DNA of 53,636 nt from Promethearchaeota archaeon. GTDB lineage: Archaea; Asgardarchaeota; Lokiarchaeia; Sigyniarchaeales; SOKP01. The DNA lies in contig JBHLPW010000034.1 of assembly GCA_048939015.1 (NCBI GenBank), forward strand, positions 1 through 53,636, in the 5' to 3' direction. A model generated the notes under the pieces. That model was given only the letters and a program-made list of their open reading frames with translations, searched no databases and was not told the origin of the DNA. This document shows, piece by piece, positions 29,244 through 39,496 of this stretch. Position 1 is the stretch's first letter. Every line of letters starts with the position of its first letter. A program made the position numbers and the translations under genes.

Positions 29244-32200
29244 ATGAATGTAAGAAAAGTAGGAACTATAATATCAGGTTTATTATTCTTTTCCAGTCTA
29301 ATATTTTTATTTAGTTTTAACTCCGCTTTAAACAAAGATTTTAGTAATGTTTCAAATTTAACAGAAGATAACGAATTTGAAGATTTTGAATTAAGATTAA
29401 GTGATTCTCCTTTACTTGATTTTTCTGGAGTCGGACAAGCTCAAAATATTAGTAAATCAGGGAATGGTTACTTTGAAAATAATAATTTGAATATAACTAA
29501 TAATGATAAGGCGTCAATAACAGTACCAGAGTATTGGATAGCCAATGATATTAAATCTAATATAACAAATTTATATGATTATGATACATATTGGATAAAT
29601 AGTACATTTGATTCAGGGTATAATTCAAAGTTATGGTCAAATGATACTAATAATGAAGGTTACGTAACCTTTGGTTGGTATGATGCCTTGATAGGAAGGA
29701 ATGATTCGATATATATGAGATTTGAGGAATCTGGAAGTTCTTGGGCTAATAAATATAGTAATTGGGTTCATACACTTCCAATCCCTAGAGAACATATACC
29801 ATTTGAGGATTGGGAAATAACCTATAATTATCGTGTATTATGTAACAATTTAGAATGGTTAGCCGGGGGGAGTGCTTATCATAGTATATTTCTTGATGTA
29901 GATGGCTCTTCTCGAGAATTTTCTCAACTTAAACTTGATGACTTAGTAAACAATACTTGGTATAGCGCTAACGTTCCTTTATTTCAACCAGAAACATATG
30001 GTTGGGCACTCCCAGGCACAATTTCATTGAAATTTGAGATAAATTATAAAAATTCGGATATTAATCCAACTGGTTGGTTTGAAATGCATTATGATAATAT
30101 AACTCTAAAATTGTCTACAATCCCAAAACCTTCCCAAATTAACCTTACAGTTAATGATGAAACTAATGGGATTGTAACTGAAATTAATGATCTTATTGAA
30201 TTTGGAGAAGGTACAGTCAACTTAAAAGACGTATGGGATGGAGATGATGGGGGAAAATTACATTATTTCTCATACGCCCATAATTCTTCTGGTAATGTAA
30301 TCCTCAGCTCAAATTTCTATTTACATGCATCATCCTCCCGTAAAACAACCACTCATTTGGGTGTTGAAGGAAGTGAATTTACTGTGAGCAACAATACAAA
30401 TGTAAAGTGGACAATGTATTTTACAATAACTCAACCTGGTTCTTATTCTAATGGTTATTATTTCAATATTTCTAAACCTTTAAATTGGATTATTACTGAG
30501 GTAATTGATCCTTATTTAAATAATAAAGTAAATGATACAATAGGGGCAGGATATGGAAACACAACTCTGATTGTCCCTAATGATATTATCACTAATGGAT
30601 TATGGAAATTTGTGGCAGAATCCCCCAATTATGTAAAAGGAGTAGATATCTATAAAAATAGTAGCATTGATTGGATTCAGAACTCAACATTTCAGATCAA
30701 TGATAAATTAAAAATTAATGCATCTATAGATATTGACCAAATACCAGATATTACGGGAACTAAAGGTTTTCTTCAAATCTTTTATCCAAATGGGACTCTT
30801 TTTTATAGTGAAAATGCATCTGTGGGAAGTGATGCTATTTTTGAGTCTTCAGAAATTATACTTGGGGCAAAGAATGCGAGTGCTGGAAATTATACAGTTT
30901 ATGTAAAATGGTGTAATCATGATGTTAATATGTCGCAAGTTGGATTATATGTTTCTAACTTTGTTGTAATTCATCAAACAGAATTAACTGCAATTAATCC
31001 ATATTTCGAATTATATCAGGGTGATCCTCTTTTAATAAGAGTAAAGTTTATTGATTTTAATCTAAATACTTCAATTCCTTTTGCCACTATCACTTATGAA
31101 TCTTCATTCAGTTCCTCTGGGGATATGATTTATCAAGGGTTAGGAATCTATTTTGCTGAAATTGATACAAATAGCTTAGGACTTGGAGATTACTATTTCT
31201 CATTTAATGCTTCGAAAGATTTTTATCAATCTCAAATTAAATACAATTTAATCCATCTAAAAATTATACCCGAACCATTAGTTTTAGAGTTACCAAAAAC
31301 AGCTGTTTCTGCTATTGGTAATGATTATGTTATTTGTCAGATAAATGTTACAGGGTCGTTTTCTGGTAGTTTAATCTGGCCCGCAAATGTAAGTACTGAT
31401 TGGCAAAATCCATATAATGTAATAAATCATAATAATGGCACGTATAGTCTAAACTTTTCGACAAGTAATATACCTGGTGAAGGGATCATCGAGACATTTT
31501 CTGTTTCGATTTTTGCAAATAAAACTAATTATGGAACTACTACTGGTTTTATAACAATTATAGTCTATCCGATAAACACAATAGTATCTGTAAATAGAAC
31601 AATAGTAGATGTCTATTTGAATGAAATTGTTGATATTCAAGTAAATTATTCTGTAGAAGGTTCAGGATCTTTAATAACTGGGGCTAATTGTAGTGTTGAT
31701 TGGCCAGGCTTATATAATGTCAGTCCAGATGGTGATAGTTATATTATAAGTTTAAACACGGCTACATTTTCTACAGATACGTATTTAGCTACAATTAAAA
31801 TGGAAAAAGCAGGATATGAAACCGCCTATAAAACAATAACTGTAATCGTAAGTGAACAAGAGATAAATTTGACTGTTTATATTAATTCTCAAGAAATTAT
31901 GGAAAATTCCTTAATCGAATTGTACTTTAAAGAAGATATCAATATTCTAGTGAGAGCATTCGCAATTGAAGAAGAGAAGTTCCTTTCAGGAGGTTTAGCG
32001 ACATTCGTAAGCGATAATTATGAAGAAAATTTGACAGAGGTTTCACCAAGTTATTATAATGCTACTATAAGAATTGATGGTAATTATTTTGATCCAGGAA
32101 TAAATACTATTTACATTTTATATCAGCAACAAAATTATACTACTAATTTATTTTCTTTTCAGTTTCTTGTTTACGCACAGGAGATTAATTTAACTGTCCA

Positions 32201-33971
32201 TCTTAATTCTCAAGAAATTATGGAACATTCCTTAATCGAATTATACTTTAAAGAAGATATCAATATTCTGTTGAGAGCGTTCGCGATTGAAGAGGAAAAG
32301 TTCCTTTCAGGAGGTTTAGCGACATTCGTAAGCGATAAATATGATGAAAATTTGACAGAGGTTTCACCAACTTATTTTAATACTACTATAAGAATTGAAA
32401 GTGATAAATTCAATCCGGGAATAAATACTATTTACCTATTATATCAACAACAAAATTATTCCAGTGGTGTTTTTTCTTTTCAATTTCTTATTCACGAACA
32501 AGATATAAATCTTTCTGTATACATTAATACACAAAAAATCATGGAAAATAGCCTAATCGAGGTAAATTTTAATGAAGAAATCACTTTATCATGTAGAGCA
32601 TATGCAGAAATTGAAGAGATATATCTAGATGGCGGCAAGTTCACTTTTGTAAGTGGAACATATAAAAAAAATATACCTATTAGTGCAAACTTTTGGTTCA
32701 ACACTTCAATAACTATTGAATCTTCTAATTTTTCACTAGGGATAAATTACATTTATGTTGAATTCGCCCAAGTCAATTACACATCAGAAATTTTTGCATT
32801 TCAAATAATTGTGAATCAAATAGAAATTAATGTGAAAACAATCGGTTTTGAAGATCCCTTTGAAACTCTTCAAGGAAAGACAATCCTTATACAATTAAAC
32901 TTAACGGAATTAGAAAGTAAAATATATATTGATAATGCATCTATTTATTACCAATGTGATTTTGGAAATGGATATTTTGATTATGTTGGAAATGGAATTT
33001 ATGAATTGGAATTAAAAATTCCTGAAGGTTCTAAAGGAAATCATAAAATAACATTAATAATATCAAAGGAAGAATCGATTTACCAAACAAGGGAATTTTC
33101 TTTCATAATAGCAATTACATCTATACCTCAACCAAATTACGTGTTTTTGTATATCATAATTGGACTTATTTTAGGGCTTAGTATATTAGGTATATTAAGT
33201 CTTAGGGCTTATGTAATTGTACCTGCAAAACGGAGAAAAAAAGCTGAGCTTTTGGCTAAAACCCAAAGATTTAAAGATGCTATGAATGTACAAGGTCTTG
33301 TGCTATCTCAAAGAGAAAGTGGTTTAGCATTATTTACTAAAAGTTATTATGCTCTGGAGTCGGCTAAAAAAGATTTACTTTCAGGTTTTATCTATGCAAT
33401 TACTACCATCAGTCAAGAATTCATGCAAAAAGAAGCTGTAGAAGAATTGAAATTAGATAAAGAGAAAATTGAGGTAATTGAAAAGATTATTGAATTAGAT
33501 TTTCAATATTTCAATTTTCTAATTTGCGATTATAAAAGTTTTCGGGCTGTTTTCATCCTTAAAGAGGAAGCTTCTGAAAGACTCAAAAAACACGCGATGA
33601 ATATTTTAATAAATCTTGATACACCGCTTGCCCCACTATTAGACAAATGGGACGGTAGTTTAGATAAATTTGAAGAAATAATACCACCCACAATAAATAA
33701 ATATTGTCAATTATACTATAAAGAACATTTTGTGTTGAATAAACCCAAATATATTAATAAAGTCGTAGCTGAAAACGATTTGAATCCAATGGAATCTCGA
33801 GTTTTAAATGTAATTAAGTCAATGACTCAAAGAGTTCCGGAATTTTACTTGATTGACGTAGTAGAGATGGTTGGTGAGAAAAATAAAGATTTAGTTATAG
33901 TTGGGATTGAATCTATTATCGAGAAAAACTTAATAATCCCTGCTCCAGAGAAAAACCAAATTCCCTTTTAA
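29244..33971 (+). CDS. Giant type I surface glycoprotein: signal anchor, beta-rich/Ig-like repeats, TM, cytoplasmic longin-like plus wHTH-like domain
   Basis: N-terminal hydrophobic segment, very many NxS/T sequons, tandem ~107-aa repeats, TM near 33140-33210 followed by RRKK, then the ESGLAL/LLSGF longin-like module. Confidence 0.85.
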   Translation: MNVRKVGTIISGLLFFSSLIFLFSFNSALNKDFSNVSNLTEDNEFEDFELRLSDSPLLDFSGVGQAQNISKSGNGYFENNNLNITNNDKASITVPEYWIANDIKSNITNLYDYDTYWINSTFDSGYNSKLWSNDTNNEGYVTFGWYDALIGRNDSIYMRFEESGSSWANKYSNWVHTLPIPREHIPFEDWEITYNYRVLCNNLEWLAGGSAYHSIFLDVDGSSREFSQLKLDDLVNNTWYSANVPLFQPETYGWALPGTISLKFEINYKNSDINPTGWFEMHYDNITLKLSTIPKPSQINLTVNDETNGIVTEINDLIEFGEGTVNLKDVWDGDDGGKLHYFSYAHNSSGNVILSSNFYLHASSSRKTTTHLGVEGSEFTVSNNTNVKWTMYFTITQPGSYSNGYYFNISKPLNWIITEVIDPYLNNKVNDTIGAGYGNTTLIVPNDIITNGLWKFVAESPNYVKGVDIYKNSSIDWIQNSTFQINDKLKINASIDIDQIPDITGTKGFLQIFYPNGTLFYSENASVGSDAIFESSEIILGAKNASAGNYTVYVKWCNHDVNMSQVGLYVSNFVVIHQTELTAINPYFELYQGDPLLIRVKFIDFNLNTSIPFATITYESSFSSSGDMIYQGLGIYFAEIDTNSLGLGDYYFSFNASKDFYQSQIKYNLIHLKIIPEPLVLELPKTAVSAIGNDYVICQINVTGSFSGSLIWPANVSTDWQNPYNVINHNNGTYSLNFSTSNIPGEGIIETFSVSIFANKTNYGTTTGFITIIVYPINTIVSVNRTIVDVYLNEIVDIQVNYSVEGSGSLITGANCSVDWPGLYNVSPDGDSYIISLNTATFSTDTYLATIKMEKAGYETAYKTITVIVSEQEINLTVYINSQEIMENSLIELYFKEDINILVRAFAIEEEKFLSGGLATFVSDNYEENLTEVSPSYYNATIRIDGNYFDPGINTIYILYQQQNYTTNLFSFQFLVYAQEINLTVHLNSQEIMEHSLIELYFKEDINILLRAFAIEEEKFLSGGLATFVSDKYDENLTEVSPTYFNTTIRIESDKFNPGINTIYLLYQQQNYSSGVFSFQFLIHEQDINLSVYINTQKIMENSLIEVNFNEEITLSCRAYAEIEEIYLDGGKFTFVSGTYKKNIPISANFWFNTSITIESSNFSLGINYIYVEFAQVNYTSEIFAFQIIVNQIEINVKTIGFEDPFETLQGKTILIQLNLTELESKIYIDNASIYYQCDFGNGYFDYVGNGIYELELKIPEGSKGNHKITLIISKEESIYQTREFSFIIAITSIPQPNYVFLYIIIGLILGLSILGILSLRAYVIVPAKRRKKAELLAKTQRFKDAMNVQGLVLSQRESGLALFTKSYYALESAKKDLLSGFIYAITTISQEFMQKEAVEELKLDKEKIEVIEKIIELDFQYFNFLICDYKSFRAVFILKEEASERLKKHAMNILINLDTPLAPLLDKWDGSLDKFEEIIPPTINKYCQLYYKEHFVLNKPKYINKVVAENDLNPMESRVLNVIKSMTQRVPEFYLIDVVEMVGEKNKDLVIVGIESIIEKNLIIPAPEKNQIPF
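31854..32813 (+). repeat. Three tandem ~321-nt (107-aa) domain repeats within the giant surface protein
   Basis: Units begin near 31854, 32175 and 32496 (xQEINLTV/QDINLSV); units 1 and 2 are highly similar at nucleotide level. Confidence 0.93.
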
Positions 33972-33995
33972 TTCTATTATAAAATTTGTTTAACA

Positions 33996-35369
33996 TTAAA
34001 GATGTTTCTGGAGGTTAGAAACCTTCTTTTCTAATTTTTTGATACGAGATTCATGGCCATTTAAGTCTTGGACATTTTTCATAATCTCTAATCCTTGTTT
34101 ATAATAATTGATAGCTTTGATGTAATCTTTCTTTTTCTCTGCTTTTTCTCCCATTTTCAAAGCATATTCAAGTTCCAATTCCTTAATTTTTTTATCAAGT
34201 TCTAAAACCATAAAAGATATTCTTCCCACTTCATCTTTAAAATCAAACCCAGAGGCTAAATAAAGAGCCATTTCATACTCTTTTTGAGCTTCTTTATAAG
34301 CTAAACCTTTTTCAGCATTTTCAGCTTTCTTTAGATAAGAATTAATTGAAGATCTAACTTCTTCTTCACTCATATGCTTAGCTTTTTCTTTCAATAAACC
34401 AATCTCATTCTCATTAGCAATTATTGAGGAAATTAATTCGTTTCGATCTATTCTTACTGCTCGTGATTCTTGAAAATTATTAATCGATTCTTCAGCAGTT
34501 TCAATGGTAGTGGGAATGATAATATTTCTCTCAATAAGTTGATAGACTTCATAGAGAATCCTATTAGCGTCAATATGAACAATTCTTTGGACTTCATCAA
34601 TTAAATTAATGATAAAAAAGAATGTTTTTGTAGCAAGTAATTCTTTTGCGAAATCAATAATGGCTTTTTGAATTGGATTCTTCTTAATAAGATCTAATTC
34701 ATTTGGTAATAAAGTATGAGTTAAGACCATTGGGAAAACAAGTTTAATATTAAAAGTATCTATTATGTAATCTAGGGTATCTTCGAAATGCATCTTACCC
34801 TTTCTTATATGTTCTTCGATTTTATCTAGATATATGCTCTCATAATCACTTAAAAATTCACTCACAAGAGATTTTAAGCTATCAGAAGCTTTATGATCCA
34901 TAACTAAACAGATTCTAATAAATTGGCCATTTTTAAGTAAGATATTGAAAGTTTCATATTGAAATTCATAAAATTGATAATATATTTCTTGTTCTCCATT
35001 TCCATTAGATGCATTACTTGATTCTGAGAAAGTTATATTAGCTTGGATAAATCCAGTTAATAATTCTGTATTCACTCCTGCTCCTGAAATTGGATAATCA
35101 ATTAAAGCTAATCCAGATTCTTTTGCTACTAATAAAATATGTTTTATATTTAATACATCAAGAAATTTTTGCCATATTAATTCTTGAAATAATTGGATCC
35201 GTTTTTCTTCAGAATCAATAATTGTGAATTTAATGTTATGTGCAAGATTTAGACCAAATTTCTCCAGTTTTATTTTAACACATTCTTTACAAAATTCTGG
35301 ATATTTATCGCATTTATCTTTTTCAATTCCACAGTCAAAACCAATCGGACTAATCTGAAAATATACCAT
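33996..35369 (-). CDS. Soluble protein: Cys-rich N-terminus, longin-like plus wHTH-like module, C-terminal TPR-like helices
   Basis: C-x6-C-x6-CxxC; ESGLAL/LLTGF; IERNIIIP; YKEAQKEYEMAL and YIKAINYYKQGL TPR-like repeats. Confidence 0.8.
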   Translation of the reverse strand: MVYFQISPIGFDCGIEKDKCDKYPEFCKECVKIKLEKFGLNLAHNIKFTIIDSEEKRIQLFQELIWQKFLDVLNIKHILLVAKESGLALIDYPISGAGVNTELLTGFIQANITFSESSNASNGNGEQEIYYQFYEFQYETFNILLKNGQFIRICLVMDHKASDSLKSLVSEFLSDYESIYLDKIEEHIRKGKMHFEDTLDYIIDTFNIKLVFPMVLTHTLLPNELDLIKKNPIQKAIIDFAKELLATKTFFFIINLIDEVQRIVHIDANRILYEVYQLIERNIIIPTTIETAEESINNFQESRAVRIDRNELISSIIANENEIGLLKEKAKHMSEEEVRSSINSYLKKAENAEKGLAYKEAQKEYEMALYLASGFDFKDEVGRISFMVLELDKKIKELELEYALKMGEKAEKKKDYIKAINYYKQGLEIMKNVQDLNGHESRIKKLEKKVSNLQKHL

Positions 35370-35597
35370 TTGTTTCCAATATCTCTTTATTGCCTATTTT
35401 TAACTAATAAAAATTATTAAAATATTATGCTTTTGAATTGTATCTAACTCATAATCCCCGCAATAATATAATAGTTTCATAGTTTTTATTACTTTAGAAC
35501 CTTTTTGATTCTGTGATCCTATAACGAAATATCAAAATTTAAAGGTTTAGATTAGGAAAAGTATATATATCAATTCTGTGAATCTCCGACTATTATT

Positions 35598-36245
35598 TTA
35601 AATAGAAGTTATCAGTATTAAGACTCCTACAAAGACAAAAATCACTGTTGAAACTAGCTTTAAATAGAATTTTGGTACTTTACGTGCAATTAAAGCTCCA
35701 AAAAGTATCCCCAACCAAGCAACAGTTATTAAAGCTAAGAAACTTCCTAACCAGACTTCAATTGGAAATGAATAGATTGAAGCAAGTGTAATAGTTAATA
35801 TTTGAGTTTTATCTCCAAGTTCCATAAGAAATATAAATCCAAAACCAGCTAAATATGGATTTCTTTTTAGTTTCGAAAATTTAGAGGAGATATTTTCTTT
35901 ATCAACTCTTAAGTTCTCACTAGAGGTGTCAGTTGTTAAAGTGTCTTTATTTTTATATTTCTCTAAATAAAGTTGTTTTAGATTTCGTGCTTCTAATAAT
36001 CCTATTATTATAAAAACAATTCCAGAGGCAATTGAAATTATAAAAACTGGAATAAACTGAGTTATAACAGCACCAAAAAATACGCCTATTGTTACTATAA
36101 GAGCAAAACCAAAAGTTACTCCAATTCCAATTTTATAGAATTTTTCATATTCTAAAGCGAGATTAAATACTATTAATTGTGTTTTATCTCCTAATTCACC
36201 AATAAATAATATCCCATAAGTTATGAGTAATGTTGAAATATCCAC
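35598..36245 (-). CDS. TMEM165/GDT1 (UPF0016) Mn2+/Ca2+ transporter
   Basis: Two ELGDKTQ signature motifs in inverted membrane halves. Confidence 0.93.
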   Translation of the reverse strand: MDISTLLITYGILFIGELGDKTQLIVFNLALEYEKFYKIGIGVTFGFALIVTIGVFFGAVITQFIPVFIISIASGIVFIIIGLLEARNLKQLYLEKYKNKDTLTTDTSSENLRVDKENISSKFSKLKRNPYLAGFGFIFLMELGDKTQILTITLASIYSFPIEVWLGSFLALITVAWLGILFGALIARKVPKFYLKLVSTVIFVFVGVLILITSI

Positions 36246-36329
36246 ATTATTTGTAATTAAGAATTTTAAAAAAATTTGTGAGGAATTTAAAATAAAAAAA
36301 AATTAAATTGTCTATGTTAAACATTTCAT

Positions 36330-37364
36330 CTAAATTTGATATCTCTGATCAATAACAGTCTGAAATTGTATGTTTGAACGAGTACTTTCTTGATGTCCTC
36401 CTCTTTTTGAAACGAGATAAAACTGAGCCATAGTTTTCTCATGGACTAAGGTAATTCCTCGCCATTTACCATCATTAGAGTTAAATTCCACTACATTTCC
36501 AAGTGCCACTCCTTCCCTCGAAGAGAAATTAAAATTTAAACGGCTCAAAATCTTAATTAATTCTTCATGGTATTCAGTTACCTTACGTTGAAGTTTATCT
36601 TTAAACCTTAGTGCCTCGATCGAGAAAGCTTTTAGAATATCTTTACTCATTGTCTTCCATACTTCTGAATTAGCATAAAATTCAATGCCAATAAATCCTC
36701 CGTTAATAAACACAGCAATCCCACACTGGTTTTCAACATTCTTAAAATGTTTAACTATATCTTCAGTATGTTTTTCAGATTGCTGTGTCATTTCAAGATA
36801 ACTTTGTGTAGGCGCAATTGAGAGAGCATAGTTCATTTCCGATCTATGCGATTGGATCTCATCCCATACGGCACCTTGACCTGCTGCTGAGATTGCTTCA
36901 TAAGCAACATTAGGGTGAAGGCGAGTATTTGCAGATTTGAATCCTCTACCTTTCTTATAACTCCACCTTGATTGTTCTACACATTTTGCAGGAATTGTAT
37001 ATTTTTGTTTAACAGGTCCAGGATTTTCACTGACTATACTTTGTTTTCCTCCGACAGGGATCAAAATTGGTTCCCATACGGTTCTATCCTGTTTTCCACC
37101 ATGAACTGTCATTCCGAATGGAATTAGAATTTGTTTATTGCTGTTATTAATGACTTCCAACTGTCCAACAGAATCTGTTTCAACTATTTCTATTAATTCT
37201 AATTCTTCCGCTTCTTTAATACTAATGAAATCAATAAATTTATCATCTTGAATAATAATAGGGATAACTGTCATATTCTTATAAACTTGAGGCGCATCTA
37301 GCTTAAGGAAACTTAAAGGATTTTCAAAAATTGATTTTACAATTTGGGTACTTTCATTTTTCAA
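36330..37364 (-). CDS. ARPP-1/DUF6569-like domain protein
   Basis: N....ILIP.G....GGKQDR, CVEQSRW, QGAVW motifs; GGAGG SD before the TTG start. Confidence 0.7.
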   Translation of the reverse strand: MKNESTQIVKSIFENPLSFLKLDAPQVYKNMTVIPIIIQDDKFIDFISIKEAEELELIEIVETDSVGQLEVINNSNKQILIPFGMTVHGGKQDRTVWEPILIPVGGKQSIVSENPGPVKQKYTIPAKCVEQSRWSYKKGRGFKSANTRLHPNVAYEAISAAGQGAVWDEIQSHRSEMNYALSIAPTQSYLEMTQQSEKHTEDIVKHFKNVENQCGIAVFINGGFIGIEFYANSEVWKTMSKDILKAFSIEALRFKDKLQRKVTEYHEELIKILSRLNFNFSSREGVALGNVVEFNSNDGKWRGITLVHEKTMAQFYLVSKRGGHQESTRSNIQFQTVIDQRYQI

Positions 37365-37366
37365 AC

Positions 37367-37810
37367 TTATTCATCCTCCTTTTTTTTATTTTTTTCTTTT
37401 ATACGTTCATCTTTTTCATATCGATTTTCTTCATAAAGTGGATTTATAAACTGATTTACGATATCCTTACCATTTTTCGTAAGTTCAACTCCCTGAGTAA
37501 CTTTTAACTTTCCACTTTTACTAATTCCATTGATTCTTGTTCCTTTTCCTTTTGGTTTCTCATCCTCATCAAATTCTACTCTTCGAGTTTGAACCATTCC
37601 CCCCCGTTTTAATGCGTTTAGGTGATAATTAATATTTTGTTTTTGAAGTCCAACGTTATCTGCAATTTCGCTAGGTCTTTGAGGACTCTCCGAAAGTTCT
37701 CTTAAAATATCCGCTCTTACTGGGCTTCTAAATACAAGTCCAACTTTTTCGAAAATTGGTTTCTTTTTTACTTCCTTTTCCTTTTTTTCTTTTTTTGCCA
37801 TAAATTTCAC
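37367..37810 (-). CDS. ArsR-like winged-helix transcriptional regulator
   Basis: SPVRADILRELSESPQRPSEIADNVGLQKQNINYHLNALKRGGMV...LTKNG; 2 nt upstream of the ARPP-1 gene (operon). Confidence 0.85.
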   Translation of the reverse strand: MKFMAKKEKKEKEVKKKPIFEKVGLVFRSPVRADILRELSESPQRPSEIADNVGLQKQNINYHLNALKRGGMVQTRRVEFDEDEKPKGKGTRINGISKSGKLKVTQGVELTKNGKDIVNQFINPLYEENRYEKDERIKEKNKKKEDE

Positions 37811-37839
37811 ATCACTTTTTATGAAGAAGTAAAAACCTT

Positions 37840-37867
37840 TTTTACTATAAAAATTTTTACTGTAAAA
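37840..37867. promoter_or_regulatory. Tandem palindromic operator-like sites TTTTACT(A/G)TAAAA
   Basis: TTTTACTATAAAA (37840-37852) and TTTTACTGTAAAA (37855-37867), 15-nt period, just upstream of the wHTH gene. Confidence 0.45.
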
Positions 37868-37987
37868 AAAATATTGAAATTCCTATATAAATGTTTGTAA
37901 ATTTGATTTATTAATTTTTTCACATATTTCCCTAATACTTAATTTCTTGCTGACAAAATTGAATTAAAACTAGGTGAGTATAACCCA

Positions 37988-38344
37988 TTACTCCTTCTCT
38001 ACTACTTCTTCATTTTTTTTTTGCTTTAAATCATTAAGTAAGTATCTTAGCAGATTTCCCATGCTATGTGCCTTACTTTTACACTCTGAGATTTGACTAA
38101 ATGTTAAAGTGCTACTCTTTGGAGAAATCAAAAATGTCCAAATATTATTATCTTTTTGTACGATTTGAACTAAACTCTTTTTAGACTTAATTTCTTCAAT
38201 GGAGTCTAATAAAATTTGAACTTGACGATCATCCTTTCCAAAAAATATTAATGCATTATTAATAAGAGAGATGGTTCCATAGTACTTGCCAGATGAAATT
38301 GCATTACGTCCTTCACAAAAATAGCCACTTTCATATAAACTCAT
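37988..38344 (-). CDS. Small PH/GRAM-like domain protein
   Basis: G.h.h....LIF...V.I.L..I..I beta pattern followed by a C-terminal helix. Confidence 0.55.
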   Translation of the reverse strand: MSLYESGYFCEGRNAISSGKYYGTISLINNALIFFGKDDRQVQILLDSIEEIKSKKSLVQIVQKDNNIWTFLISPKSSTLTFSQISECKSKAHSMGNLLRYLLNDLKQKKNEEVVEKE

Positions 38345-38503
38345 TTCATTCTACCTGATCATTCTTATTTATTCACATCCTTTCTATGAAGAGTAAATAC
38401 TTTTTCTACAATAAAAATTTTTGATTATAAACATAATTTCATTGATATTTAACTTTTTAAAAAATCATCAATTTAATAATTAAAAATAAGAAATATTTTC
38501 AAA

Positions 38504-39331
38504 ATGTCAATTATAGGAATAAATCAAGAAAAGTGTTCAAAATGTAAACTGTGTTTGCAAGAATGCAGGCGCAGTCCTTTTTATGTTATGGAAAATGGGG
38601 ATATAGGATTTAATGAGAAAATGTTACCATGCATTATGTGTGGACATTGTATAGCTATATGTCCTGAAAATGCTATTCTAACCAAAAATATGGAAGATAT
38701 TGATACTTACCCTGGAATAGAGTCTCCTGAAATATTTGTAGAATATAATAGGCTTTTTCAATTATTACGGGCAAAACGTTCAATTAGACGTTATAAGAAT
38801 AAAAAAGTTCCGAAAGAACTAATAACTAAGGTTTTTGAAGCAATGAGATATGCTCCAAGCGCAGCTAATAATCGATTATGGCGCTATCTCATTATTTCTG
38901 ATCAAGAAAAATTAAGCGAGTTGAGTACTGAAGTAATAAAAACCAATTACTTATATATGGGGTTTGATTCCGGTGAAAAAGCGATAGAATATTACAAATC
39001 TATAAAGAGAGATCCTATATTTTTCGGAGCGCCACATTTAATAGTTCTCTATTATGAAACAGTTCAAAAAAACATGACGTTACTGGCTTTTAGGGGAAAT
39101 GATGCAGGAATTGCTTTAACATATGGTATGTTAGCGGCTGAAAGTCTCGGATTAGGAACTTGTTGGATGGGAGGTTTTCAAGGATCAATTGCGGGAAATC
39201 ATGGAATTCTGGATATTTTAGGAATAAAGGGTCATGTACTTGGAGCATTCATCTTAGGCTTTCCTGTGGTAAAATATCTCAGAACTACTCCTCGATTACC
39301 ACTTAAGATAAAAGGATTAGAAGATCTATAG
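38504..39331 (+). CDS. Nitroreductase with N-terminal 4Fe-4S ferredoxin domain
   Basis: CSKCKLCLQEC, CIMCGHCIAICP, KRSIRRY, APSAAN, LAAESLGLGTCW. Confidence 0.92.
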   Translation: MSIIGINQEKCSKCKLCLQECRRSPFYVMENGDIGFNEKMLPCIMCGHCIAICPENAILTKNMEDIDTYPGIESPEIFVEYNRLFQLLRAKRSIRRYKNKKVPKELITKVFEAMRYAPSAANNRLWRYLIISDQEKLSELSTEVIKTNYLYMGFDSGEKAIEYYKSIKRDPIFFGAPHLIVLYYETVQKNMTLLAFRGNDAGIALTYGMLAAESLGLGTCWMGGFQGSIAGNHGILDILGIKGHVLGAFILGFPVVKYLRTTPRLPLKIKGLEDL

Positions 39332-39496
39332 TTTTCATATGATTATTACAGAAATTCGATTTTTATTAACAACTTTCTTCAGTTTGAATGATATAACTTG
39401 CTAAATTCTGATGAAAAATGTTATTAACGATTTTGTATTAAATTCTTTAGCCATCTTAAGAAAATCGTTTCCTATTGTAATTCAAGGGGCAAGCTC

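Noticed and set aside
31854-32813. CRISPR array or DGR template/variable repeat
   Set aside because: In-frame 321-nt protein domain repeats without spacers; differences are not confined to adenines; no reverse transcriptase or cas gene in the window
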